Below are positions 15,486 to 15,691 of a stretch of 15,691 bases of DNA, in pieces. Position numbers and translations under genes: made by a program. Each line of letters starts with the position of its first letter. The first letter of the stretch is position 1. This DNA comes from Gemmatimonadota bacterium (GTDB lineage: Bacteria; Gemmatimonadota; Gemmatimonadetes; Gemmatimonadales; GWC2-71-9). Location of the stretch: NCBI GenBank assembly GCA_039588295.1, contig JBDHAB010000057.1, forward strand, positions 1 through 15,691, read 5' to 3'. A model generated the notes under the pieces. The model worked only from the letters and a program-made list of their open reading frames with translations. It did not search any database and had not been told where the DNA came from.

Positions 15486-15691
15486 TGTGAATCCCTCTTT
15501 GAACGCTAGTTGAACGAAGAGGAAGATCAGTACGAGGGAAAGCAACGCGATGATTGCTGGCATAATGCTGAACGGGGTGCCGTCTTGTATCTAGCTGATC
15601 AGGGAATCTGCAGTGAAGTTGGGGCGGGCGACAGCTCGATCTGTCTAGGGTCTGGAGAGACCGTCCGTTAGCCGGAGCGTCGCCCGTCCAT

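Overview
GC-rich bacterial accessory region, probably from a Gemmatimonadota genome (inferred from the style of the Ser/Thr kinase remnant, the TonB linker FDPRDFSGVGVEGGV and the VWGSSxTDVFAVG lipoprotein). Left part: the end of a membrane-protein gene, a frameshifted Ser/Thr kinase scrap, an intact 2TM K+ channel with two RCK modules and a small collagen-motif lipoprotein. Middle (about 2.9-7.7 kb) looks like a decayed integration hotspot. It holds a tyrosine-integrase fragment cut just before its catalytic Arg, and two minus-strand tRNA-3'-end-like segments that break in the T-loop and continue into a shared structured GC-rich motif. Between those segments lie an orphan lasso-peptide-like precursor and a 14-repeat beta-propeller lipoprotein. 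They are followed by a frameshifted IS5-family (IS903-group) element without a target duplication and half of an XRE regulator gene. Right part: co-oriented minus-strand genes for envelope proteins (TPR lipoprotein, Cys-rich Sel1 protein, Zn-finger membrane protein, an ankyrin-ExbD-ExbD-TonB fusion, a two-domain lipoprotein), then a membrane-protein gene split by one in-frame TGA. Most notable: the ankyrin/ExbD/ExbD/TonB fusion lacking the motor transmembrane helices, the tRNA T-loop-associated repeat element, and the lasso-like precursor next to the propeller lipoprotein. All family assignments come from motif recognition by eye; no searches were run.
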